Source: an uncultured Enterovirga sp.
Lineage (GTDB): Bacteria; Pseudomonadota; Alphaproteobacteria; Rhizobiales; Beijerinckiaceae
DNA length: 64,000 nt
NCBI GenBank assembly: GCA_964244795.1
Contig: CAXTKM010000001.1
Location: forward strand, 318-64,317
Direction of reading: 5' to 3'
Each line of letters starts with the position of its first letter. The first letter of the stretch is position 1. Positions 55,779-64,000 of the stretch are shown here, one piece after another. The notes under the pieces are model-generated. The model searched no databases, was not told where the DNA came from, and saw nothing but the letters and a program-made list of their open reading frames with translations. A program made the position numbers and the translations under genes.

Positions 55779-56768
55779 TTGAGCGAAGTCGATTGGCGGG
55801 CGTACCTCGACACCTACTGGGGTGTGAGACTGACGTCGGAGACGCCGGAGTGGCGCGAATATCGGATCGACAACCCGTCCGGTTCCATCGTGTGCCGGTC
55901 GATGTTGATGCGCTACGAGCTTGCCATGCTCTATGCCCTTGCGCGGAACCACTACACGGGCAGCGGTGCGATCGTCGACGCCGGGCCGCTGACCGGCCTC
56001 ACGACCAACTCGCTTGCCAAAGGCGTCCTGTCGAACCCGGCGATCGCCGACCGGACCCGACGCATTTTCGCCTTCGACCTGTTCGACCACATCCCTGCCC
56101 AGACGGTGCTCGAGAACGTTCCGAACCGGAATGGTTCGATCCTCGATACGTACCTGGACGTGAATCGGGATTACCTCGACCTCATCTCCATCTGTCCTGG
56201 TGACTTGCTCAGCCATGCCTGGAATTCCGGTCCGATCGAAATCCTTATGGTCGATCTCTCCAAATCATGGGCGCTGAACGACTTCGTCGTCGACCAATGG
56301 TTCACGAATCTCCAACCGGGCGCCTTTGTCGTACAGCAGGACTACTGTTCGTGGTTTACCTACTGGCTCCCGATTACGATGATGGCGTTGAAAGATCATT
56401 TCGTCTTCGTCGATTACGCGATGGGCAGCTCGACGATCTTTCAATGCACGAAGCCGGTTCCTGCTGGAATGGGTTCTGCGATCCGCGCCATGCCGTTCGA
56501 AGCTCACGAGGCGCTGTTGACCGAAGCGATCGCGACGGCCCCGGCCCCGATCGTTCCCGTGCTGAAGAGCTCCAAGGCGCTGTTCTATGCTGCCCATCAG
56601 ATGCAGGACCGGGCTCTGGCGCTGCTGGCGGACGTCTCGGTCGAGCGACAAACCACGGATTGGGCGGTGGACTTCAGTGGCGTCGCCTTGGGATCTCGCG
56701 ACACAGTCAAGTTTTTGGCCGAACTTCCGGGTGATCAGCTCATCAATTACGGCGTCGCACCGCCGTAG
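55779..56768 (+). CDS. putative SAM-dependent methyltransferase-like protein
   Basis: IVDAGPLTGLTT, FAFDLF, GDL, IEILMVDLSKSW, QQDY; TTG start after GAGGG. Confidence 0.7.
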   Translation: MSEVDWRAYLDTYWGVRLTSETPEWREYRIDNPSGSIVCRSMLMRYELAMLYALARNHYTGSGAIVDAGPLTGLTTNSLAKGVLSNPAIADRTRRIFAFDLFDHIPAQTVLENVPNRNGSILDTYLDVNRDYLDLISICPGDLLSHAWNSGPIEILMVDLSKSWALNDFVVDQWFTNLQPGAFVVQQDYCSWFTYWLPITMMALKDHFVFVDYAMGSSTIFQCTKPVPAGMGSAIRAMPFEAHEALLTEAIATAPAPIVPVLKSSKALFYAAHQMQDRALALLADVSVERQTTDWAVDFSGVALGSRDTVKFLAELPGDQLINYGVAPP

Positions 56769-57095
56769 CCGAATCTGAACGGGCAGTCGCCGCGTGCAGC
56801 GTCCTGTTCTACATCCTCCGACGGCTCGCCGGCACGAAGACGAGCTGGGGATATAAGTGCAGGTTTTTCGCGCTCCGTCCTGCTTCGAGGAAGCGCGAGA
56901 TGGCCGCGAGCGGGCGGCCACAGTGAAGCGTGGAGGGCGCCGTCACGGTCGCGGGACGCCGTGCCGGTCATCCGAGGCGATAGAGGTCGAGGCTGCCGAC
57001 CGCCGCGACCTTACCGGCCTCGCTGGGGCGAGGGACGCCATGCGATCGCTTCGCTGAGAGCCTCCTCTTTCGCTGAGAGCCTGACCCTAACCTCC

Positions 57096-57187
57096 TCATC
57101 CTGAGGTGCCGACCGAAGGTCGCCTCGAAGGACCCACGCCGGTTGCGCGTGCTTCGAGGGCCGGCTCCGCCGGCCACCTCAGGATGA
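57096..57187. repeat. palindromic intergenic repeat, TCATCCTGAGG family
   Basis: TCATCCTGAGGTG...CACCTCAGGATGA arms with internal CCTCGAAG/CTTCGAGG. Confidence 0.8.
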
Positions 57188-57340
57188 AGACCTTTGCGCC
57201 AACCGCGCTTGTCATCCCCGGCCGGAGCGAAGCGGAGGGGAAGGGGATTCAGAGTCGGCGCGCTGCGGCTCTGGATCCCCTTCCCGACTGCTTCGCAGTC
57301 GCCGGGGATGACAGCCTCAGCGTTCGTGCAAAGGTCTTCA
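57185..57340. repeat. palindromic intergenic repeat, GTCATCCCCGGC family, nested in an outer inverted repeat
   Basis: TGTCATCCCCGGC (57210-22) / GCCGGGGATGACA (57301-13); outer TGAAGACCTTTGC / GCAAAGGTCTTCA. Confidence 0.8.
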
Positions 57341-57768
57341 GCATGAGGAGAGTGGTGGAAGGCTCTTTCGATCAGGCTCTGAGGGTCGGCGGATCGAGAC
57401 CCGGCCATCCGGTGGGCGACCCGCGCGTCGCAGCCCGTGCCGGCCGATCGGCGCGGCGGCACCGAAGACGATGTCAGGTAACCGTTCGACCCCGCCCCTC
57501 CCGCCCGTGTCACCCCGAGCTTCCACGCTACCGAAGACCTGTCGACACGATCCGTTTCGTAGATGCCGTCGCCCTTCTGGGGCGGACACTTACGGCCGGG
57601 ATGGCTCTCGAAGTCGATGAGGTCTAGCCGTTCGGCGTGACAACCCGAAGGCACTTGCGGAAGAGAATCCGGAGGGGCTGTCCCGCCAGGAAATTCTTGA
57701 GTTGGCTCTTGTGGACGACCAACCGCTGTGCTTCGGTGCACGCCCGTGTAGACAAAGGGAGGTCCGAC

Positions 57769-60177
57769 GTGGCCACTTCGACGTTCGCATTCTCCCGTAT
57801 CAACGGGCCGGTCGTCCTCAACACGGTCACGGCCGGAAACCAATACGATCCTGCCGTCGTCGCGACCTCCGGCGGCGCCGGGATCGTCTTCTTCACCAAC
57901 GGCGACACGATCTCGGCGCGCCGCGTCGATGTGAGTGGTGCTCCGGTCGGTGCCGAAGTCGCGGTCAGCGCCGGCGTCGGCGGCGTTGAACCCGAGGTGA
58001 CGCGCCTGACGAACGGCAACGTCGTCGTCACCTGGCAGGATGGGACGGGCAATACGAAGATCCTCGGCCGGATCTACGACGCGAACCTCACGCCCGTCTC
58101 GGGCGTCCTCAATTTCGAAGCTGACAGTTTCCCCTTCCAGCAGCCCGACATCGCGGCGACGCCGGACGGCGGGTTCGTTGTCGTGTCGACTGCAGCGTTG
58201 AGTGGAACAGACACCGACGTCTACTTCAGGAAGTTCAACGCGGCGGGAACGCTCGCTCAGAGCGCATTCTTCACGCCGGGCGGGACGCTCGACCGTGACG
58301 CCTCCGTGTCGGTTCTGCCGAACGGCGACGTCGCGGTCGCCTGGGAGCGCCAGGTCGGCTCCGATACGCAAATCTGGGCCGCGCTCTACACGCAGACGCT
58401 CGGCGTCGTCAAAGCGCCGTTCCTGCTCGACAGCAGCGGAACGATCAATCAGAACGTCTCGGTTTCGGCACGTCCGGACGGTACGTTCACGGTCAGCTAC
58501 GAGGACAACTTCGCCGGGGGTGCCACCAACCTTACGACTTACCAGCTCAACGCAGCCGGAAACATCATCACCTTCGACGTCACGGCCTCAACCGCGGGCG
58601 CTAACAGCGTTCCCAACGCGACCACGTCGGTCGACGGCTATCAGGTCATCGTGAACCAGGATGAAACGAACGCGGGCGCCTGGGACGTGGCCGCTTCGAT
58701 TCTGACGCCGACCGGTACGGTCGGAGCTGCGAATACGCTGCTCGAGACCGGTGCTGGCTACCAATATATTCCGGACGTGGCCTGGGTCGATTCGTCGACG
58801 GTCCAGCTTGCCTATACGACCTTCAACTCGGCAACGGCCGCGGACGGGAGCGGGAGCGGCATCGCGGTCTCACGCTTCTCCGTCGTTCATACGACGATCG
58901 GCGACGGTACGGCGGAAACCCTGACGGGCGACGGGCTCGTCGACGTTCTCAGCGGCCTCGGCGGGGACGACACGCTGATCGGTGGCGCCGGAAACGACGC
59001 TCTGTATGGGGGCTCCGAGAACGACATCCTGGCCGGCGGCATCGGGTCGGACCTTCTCGATGGCGGCACCGGGTTCGACTACGCGAGCTACAATCTGTCG
59101 GCGGTCGCCGTCACCGCTCGACTCGACGGCCTCGCTTCGTCCGGTGGGGCGGCGGGGGACTTCTTCGTGTCGATCGAGGGGCTCATCGGGTCGGCCTTCG
59201 CCGACGGCCTCGTGGGAGACGACAACAACAACGCGATCTTCGGTGGGGCCGGGACGGACAGCCTGTTCGGCTTCGGGGGCGCCGACAGCCTCTTCGGCGA
59301 GGACGGCAACGACGACCTAATCGGCGGGACCGGCGCCGACGTACTGAATGGGGGCACGGGCTACGATTACGCGCGCTACGATTTCGCGAGCGCCGGCGTC
59401 ACGGCCCGGCTCGACGGCATAGCGGGAGCGGGCGAGGCGGCCGGCGACACGTACATCTCCGTCGAGGCGCTGGTCGGATCGCAGTTCGGCGACGGGCTCG
59501 TCGGCGACGGCACGAACAACGCGATCTTCGGCAACGGAGGCAACGACAGCCTGTTCGGCTTCGACGGCAACGACAGCCTGTTCGGGGACGACGGCAACGA
59601 CGACCTCATCGGCGGGACCGGAGCCGACGTCCTGACCGGAGGGGCGGGCTACGATTACGCGCGCTACGATTTCGCCGCGACGGGCGTCACGGCCCGGCTC
59701 GACGGCGGAGCGGGTTCCGGCGAGGCCGCAGGCGACACGTATATCTCGGTCGAGGCGCTGGTCGGGTCGCAGTTCGGCGACGGACTTGTCGGCGACGCGA
59801 CCAACAACGCCATCTTCGGCAAGGGCGGGGCCGACAGCCTGTTCGGCCTCGGCGGCGCAGACAGCCTCTTCGGGGACAACGGCAACGACGACCTCATCGG
59901 CGGGACCGGCAGCGACGTCCTGACCGGCGGCCTGAACGACGACATCTTCCGGTTCTTCATCGCCGACCTCGTTGTCGGGGACCACGACGTGATCACCGAC
60001 TTCCACGAGGTCGCCGGCGACACGGACTTCCTCGCTCTCCAGAACGGCATCTCCGCGTCGACCACCAACACGGCCGGCGGCGTCCTCGTCACGTTCGCGC
60101 TCGCTGGCGGAACCGCGGACGTCCTCATCCAGGGGTTCACGGCCGCGCAGCTCACCGATCAGATCCTGCTTTTCTGA
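57769..60177 (+). CDS. RTX (hemolysin-type Ca-binding repeat) secreted/surface protein
   Basis: Many GGxGxDxLx nonapeptides, DVITDF T1SS-type C-terminus, beta-rich N-terminal repeats; GGGAGG RBS and GTG start. Confidence 0.9.
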   Translation: MATSTFAFSRINGPVVLNTVTAGNQYDPAVVATSGGAGIVFFTNGDTISARRVDVSGAPVGAEVAVSAGVGGVEPEVTRLTNGNVVVTWQDGTGNTKILGRIYDANLTPVSGVLNFEADSFPFQQPDIAATPDGGFVVVSTAALSGTDTDVYFRKFNAAGTLAQSAFFTPGGTLDRDASVSVLPNGDVAVAWERQVGSDTQIWAALYTQTLGVVKAPFLLDSSGTINQNVSVSARPDGTFTVSYEDNFAGGATNLTTYQLNAAGNIITFDVTASTAGANSVPNATTSVDGYQVIVNQDETNAGAWDVAASILTPTGTVGAANTLLETGAGYQYIPDVAWVDSSTVQLAYTTFNSATAADGSGSGIAVSRFSVVHTTIGDGTAETLTGDGLVDVLSGLGGDDTLIGGAGNDALYGGSENDILAGGIGSDLLDGGTGFDYASYNLSAVAVTARLDGLASSGGAAGDFFVSIEGLIGSAFADGLVGDDNNNAIFGGAGTDSLFGFGGADSLFGEDGNDDLIGGTGADVLNGGTGYDYARYDFASAGVTARLDGIAGAGEAAGDTYISVEALVGSQFGDGLVGDGTNNAIFGNGGNDSLFGFDGNDSLFGDDGNDDLIGGTGADVLTGGAGYDYARYDFAATGVTARLDGGAGSGEAAGDTYISVEALVGSQFGDGLVGDATNNAIFGKGGADSLFGLGGADSLFGDNGNDDLIGGTGSDVLTGGLNDDIFRFFIADLVVGDHDVITDFHEVAGDTDFLALQNGISASTTNTAGGVLVTFALAGGTADVLIQGFTAAQLTDQILLF
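59071..59934 (+). repeat. three 288-bp (96-aa) intragenic tandem modules in the RTX gene
   Basis: The G(F/Y)DYA.Y anchor recurs at 59071, 59359 and 59647. Confidence 0.85.
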
Positions 60178-60532
60178 TCGAAATCGCGCTGATGAGAGCG
60201 GGGCGAATCCGTCGTTCCCGCCAATCTGCCTCACGGGTTCGAACCGCATCGCAGGAGTGGGACGTCCTGGTACGGGTTGGCCCGTGCCAGGAGCCCGATA
60301 GAGGCCGCACATCGAGGTCGGTGACCTCTACGCCCAGCGCGCAGTCCTCCGATCAACGATCGCGGCCGCAAGCGGGCTGAACACCGACAGTCTGCCGCCC
60401 GCGCTGCAACCCGTCAGGGTCGCCGAGCACGCCGACGCGCTGCCACGTCGCAATCCACAGGACGGCCTCATCGCTTTCCGGGGCGAGATCGACGATCCAG
60501 TCGGGCTCCCCCCTCTAGCGACAGTGACTGAG

Positions 60533-61837
60533 ATGTCTCATCGAAAAACTCTGGCCGTCGGAGGCTTTCTAGCCGTCCTGCTTTCGCCTGGGGCGACGGG
60601 CCAGCCACTGCCGGTGCCCCGCGATCAGACCCCGCCCGTGAACGACAATTCGACCACGGGCGCGACGAGGGCCTTCGTCGCGAACGCGATGTCGCTCAAG
60701 TTCGACAAGGCCGGCGGTTCGATCACCGGTAAGACCAGCATCCAGACGTCGCTGGCCCCTGCCTCGGGCGGCCCGGCCGGCAGCCCTTTCTGGGTCTCCG
60801 GCTCCTGGAACGGCTCGGCGAACAACTTCTCGCACGGGTTCCATCAGACGGTCGTCGTCGACACCGCGAACAGCACGTTTCGAACCGTGGGCCAGACCGG
60901 CGGGGCCTATTCGGGCAGCCTCTATGGCATCGCGGTCGACCACGGGTTCGGGGGCGGGCCGACCGGCGCCGGCAACCGGACCGCGATCAACGCCTTCCTG
61001 CACAGCGTCGGCCCCCAGCCGGCGACACCGGGCGTCGACGGCACGTTCCACACCGCGATCTTCGGGACGACGGACATCTCCCACAGCATGGGCGGCACGT
61101 CCTCCGCTCCTCGAGGGGAGATATTCGGCCTCGGCGTTCTGGGCGAGCTCCGGAGCGGGGCGACCTACATCTCCGGCCTCGCCGGAGCCGAGATCGATGC
61201 CAGCGCACAAACCGGTTCCTCGGTGTTTCACAAGAACATCCTGTCCGTCATCGGCGTGAACCAGGACGCCGTGAAGGGCTCCGTCACGGATGCGATGATC
61301 GTGATGACCCGGGACGGCTCGACCACGGCCGGCTACGATTTCGGTGTCCAGTTCGGCCGTCTCGGCACGCTTTGGCCGATCGACACGACGGTCGGAACGC
61401 TGATCGGCACGGTGCCGCCGTCCAGCGGCACCCGAAAGGCGGCCTACGGGGTCGACTTCTCCGGTGTCGCGTTCGGAACGGCAGCATGGCGTTCGCCAGG
61501 GTTCACGGTCGGTCCGGCCGGGTCGACCCAGATGGCGGGCGCCCATGCTTTCGCGGAGTACCAGGACACGCTGGTCGCGCTGACCGCCGGCGGAAAGCAT
61601 CGCCTCGTCTCCAATGCGGACGGAAGCTGGACGTGGCAGGCCAACACTGCGGCTGCGGGCGACTATTCCAAAACTCATCCCGCGTATACCATCGAACCGA
61701 CTGGTGTCCTTTCGATGCCTCGCCCGGCTGCGCCCAGCCTCGTCGACGCTGCCAACGACGCGGAGGCCGCGCGCGCAGGCGTTGGCGTCGGCGAAATGTA
61801 TCGCAATGGGTCCGTCGTGATGATCCGTGTCATCTGA
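60533..61837 (+). CDS. secreted Gly/Thr-rich protein with phage tail-fibre-like motifs
   Basis: Signal-like N-terminus; TPPVNDNSTTGATRAFV, KFDKAGGSITG; C-terminal AANDAEAARAGVGVGEMYRNGSVVMIRV. Confidence 0.7.
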   Translation: MSHRKTLAVGGFLAVLLSPGATGQPLPVPRDQTPPVNDNSTTGATRAFVANAMSLKFDKAGGSITGKTSIQTSLAPASGGPAGSPFWVSGSWNGSANNFSHGFHQTVVVDTANSTFRTVGQTGGAYSGSLYGIAVDHGFGGGPTGAGNRTAINAFLHSVGPQPATPGVDGTFHTAIFGTTDISHSMGGTSSAPRGEIFGLGVLGELRSGATYISGLAGAEIDASAQTGSSVFHKNILSVIGVNQDAVKGSVTDAMIVMTRDGSTTAGYDFGVQFGRLGTLWPIDTTVGTLIGTVPPSSGTRKAAYGVDFSGVAFGTAAWRSPGFTVGPAGSTQMAGAHAFAEYQDTLVALTAGGKHRLVSNADGSWTWQANTAAAGDYSKTHPAYTIEPTGVLSMPRPAAPSLVDAANDAEAARAGVGVGEMYRNGSVVMIRVI

Positions 61838-62168
61838 CGACCCGATGCGAAGCTGCTCCAGCCCCATCACGATCGTCTGCGTGTGACGGAAGCCCTTCTC
61901 AGGCTCGGAGCCGGCGTGGACCGCTCCGACAAACGGCTTCTGTCGTCGGCGCTCACGACCGACGCCGTCGTGGGCTCCGGCCCTCAAGGCCGTGCCGGTG
62001 GCTGTCGGATCGCTCTCTCACGGGCGCGCGGATCGAAACGTCGCGCCGGGCCGGCGGTTGGCCGAGGGCCGCCGGGCATCGCTCCCTCGCGACCGAGGCC
62101 GGGATCGCGCGTCGACCATCGGTCGATCCGGGGTTGAGCGGGGCGGCAGGCCGGGGCACAGGCGGAGC

Positions 62169-63077
62169 ATGAACGCCTGGATCGACGCCTTCCTGCCGAC
62201 CTTCGGGCTCATCGCCCTCGGCTACGTCCTGCGGGCCCGCGTGATGCGGGACGCGGCCGTCTGGGCGGGCCTCGAGACGCTGACGTTCTACGTGCTTCTG
62301 CCGGCGCTTCTCGCCCATTCGATCTCGACGGTGGCGCTGGGCGACCTCCCGATCGCCTCGTTGGCCGCGATCCTCTGGATCACGCTCGGGATCGCGACGG
62401 CCTCGGCGCTCCTCATCTCGCGCGTGCTCCGGCACGACCGGGCCGCCATGACCTCGATCGTTCAGGGCGGGATCCGGTTCAACACCTATACGGCGCTCGG
62501 CATCGTGGCCGGGCTCTACGGGCCGACCGGGCTCGCCTTCGGGAGCGTCGTCGCCGGGCTCATCGTGACCTGCGCGCAGACGATCCTCGCGCTCGTCTTC
62601 GTGCTGAGCGACGGCCGGCGCGTCTCGCCGGGCCGTCTCGCGGCCCAGGCTCTCTCGAACCCGCTGCTGCTCGGCTGCCTCGCGGGCTTCGCCTTCGCGG
62701 CGCTGGGCGGCATGCCGGTCGGGCTCGGGGCCTTCGCGCGCTCCCTCGGCCAGGCCTCGCTCGCGCTCGGGCTCCTCTGCGTCGGCGCGGGGCTCACGCT
62801 GGCCTCGCTCCGCGAGGACATACCGACCCAGATCGCGGTCGGGCTCCAGAAGCTCGTCGCGGTCCCGGCGCTCACGCTCGCTCTCGCCTGGGCGATCGGG
62901 CTCGACCGCGGCCCGACCGCGATCGCCGTGATGGTGATGGCGACCCCGACCGCGACGACCGGCTACGTCATGGCGAAGGCGCTCGGCGGGGACGCCCGGC
63001 TCGTGGCCGCGATCATCACGCTCCAGCATCTCGCGGCGGTCGCCACGATGCCGCTCTGGGCGGCGGTGCTGGGGTAG
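62169..63077 (+). CDS. AEC (auxin efflux carrier) family transporter
   Basis: LPTFGLIALG, FYVLLPALL, QGGIRFNTY, NPLL, PTATTGYVMA..LGGDA. Confidence 0.92.
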   Translation: MNAWIDAFLPTFGLIALGYVLRARVMRDAAVWAGLETLTFYVLLPALLAHSISTVALGDLPIASLAAILWITLGIATASALLISRVLRHDRAAMTSIVQGGIRFNTYTALGIVAGLYGPTGLAFGSVVAGLIVTCAQTILALVFVLSDGRRVSPGRLAAQALSNPLLLGCLAGFAFAALGGMPVGLGAFARSLGQASLALGLLCVGAGLTLASLREDIPTQIAVGLQKLVAVPALTLALAWAIGLDRGPTAIAVMVMATPTATTGYVMAKALGGDARLVAAIITLQHLAAVATMPLWAAVLG

Positions 63078-63127
63078 GTCGGCGCCCTGCCTTCCTCTCG
63101 GGAGAGGTTTCGCCGACGCGTTCTGCA

Positions 63128-63157
63128 TTGACACCCGACGCCGCGGGCCCGTAAGAG
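63128..63157 (+). promoter_or_regulatory. sigma70 promoter of rplU-rpmA
   Basis: TTGACA at 63128-33 with a GTAAGAG -10-like box 17-18 nt downstream. Confidence 0.55.
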
Positions 63158-63284
63158 CCAACTCGTGCGCGTGGGCTTCCGGGTCCGCGCCTTCGCCGTT
63201 CGGCCCCACGTGGCCGGACATCCCGCAACTGCTGCAAAGAAGCCGGTCCGCGCGAGCGAGACCGTCAGGAACACGGAGACAACG

Positions 63285-63677
63285 ATGTTCGCAGTGATCA
63301 AGACGGGCGGGAAGCAGTTCCGCATCGCCGCCGGCGACGTCATCACCATCCCGAAGCTCGAAGACGAGGCGGGCGCGACGATCACGTTCGGCGAGGTCCT
63401 GATGCTGACCCGAGAGGGTGGCATCGAGGTCGGACTGCCGGGCGTCGCGGGCGCCGTCGTGACCGGAGAGGTCGTCGAGCAGACGCGCGGACCGAAGGTC
63501 ATCGCCTTCAAGAAGCGCCGCCGCAAGAATTCGCGCCGGAAGCGCGGCCACCGGCAGGACCTGACGGTCGTCAGGATCGGCACGATCGCCTTCAACGGCG
63601 AGACGATCGCCGAGGCTCCGGCCCGCCGCGCGCCTCGCACCGAACCCGCACTGGCGGAATCGGCCCCGAGCGAGTAG
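63285..63677 (+). CDS. rplU: 50S ribosomal protein L21
   Basis: [11 protein letters not shown] ... [21 protein letters not shown]. Confidence 0.98.
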   Translation: MFAVIKTGGKQFRIAAGDVITIPKLEDEAGATITFGEVLMLTREGGIEVGLPGVAGAVVTGEVVEQTRGPKVIAFKKRRRKNSRRKRGHRQDLTVVRIGTIAFNGETIAEAPARRAPRTEPALAESAPSE

Positions 63678-63707
63678 ATCGACAGCTAAGGTTCAAGGAC
63701 ACGCGTC

Positions 63708-64000
63708 ATGGCACACAAGAAAGCGGGCGGCTCCTCGCGCAACGGTCGCGACTCGGACGGCCGTCGTCTCGGCGTCAAGAAGTTCGGCGACGAGCAGGTC
63801 ATCTCGGGCAACATCATCGTCCGCCAGCGCGGGACGAAGTTCCACCCTGGCGTGAACGTCGGGATCGGCAAGGATCACACCCTGTTCGCGATCGCGGACG
63901 GGCGGGTTCGCTTTCTCAAGAAAGCCGGCCGAGCCTTCGTGTCGGTCGTGCCGGCCCTGCCGGTAGGGACCGACACGGCCATTCCCGCCCTCGAGGCGGC
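63708..64000 (+). CDS. rpmA: 50S ribosomal protein L27 (3' end outside the window)
   Basis: Translates to [27 protein letters not shown]...[26 protein letters not shown]. Confidence 0.98.
   Translation, partial: MAHKKAGGSSRNGRDSDGRRLGVKKFGDEQVISGNIIVRQRGTKFHPGVNVGIGKDHTLFAIADGRVRFLKKAGRAFVSVVPALPVGTDTAIPALEA

Noticed and set aside
57060-57350. CRISPR array or tRNA
   Set aside because: There is no direct repeat-spacer periodicity, no cas genes and no cloverleaf motifs; these are palindromic REP-like elements.
60180-62160. Prophage remnant
   Set aside because: Only one fibre-like gene is present; no integrase, capsid, lysis genes or att repeats were seen.
63078-63117. Hairpin after the AEC gene as an intrinsic terminator
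   Set aside because: The stem is imperfect and has no clear U-tract after the outer stem, so support is insufficient.

Overview
High-GC alphaproteobacterial chromosomal segment; the PqqA sequence, L21/L27 and the repeat families suggest Hyphomicrobiales, probably Methylobacteriaceae-like. Left to right: (1) a possible stress-response patch with a NepR-like micro-ORF, a DUF900 lipoprotein hydrolase, a PQQ-type sorbosone/glucose dehydrogenase and a DUF2231 protein, divergent from a complete pqqABCDE operon. (2) A ~34 kb catabolic region (8.1-42.1 kb) with two amidases, a GntR regulator, four import systems, a three-subunit cobalt thiocyanate-hydrolase/nitrile-hydratase-like enzyme, a glutaredoxin-DinB fusion and an isochorismatase-family amidohydrolase. 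It also holds a PrpR-like sigma54 activator with promoters and operators on both sides, facing a flavoenzyme/CoA-transferase/lyase operon and a TTT/isomerase/lyase/LeuCD-like operon. (3) A methyltransferase-rich surface-glycan island (42.2-56.8 kb). (4) Composite palindromic repeats, an RTX protein, a signal-peptide-bearing phage-tail-fibre-like protein, an AEC transporter and rplU-rpmA. No rRNA, tRNA, CRISPR array or IS element was recognised. All calls come from motif recognition by eye; no database searches were run.
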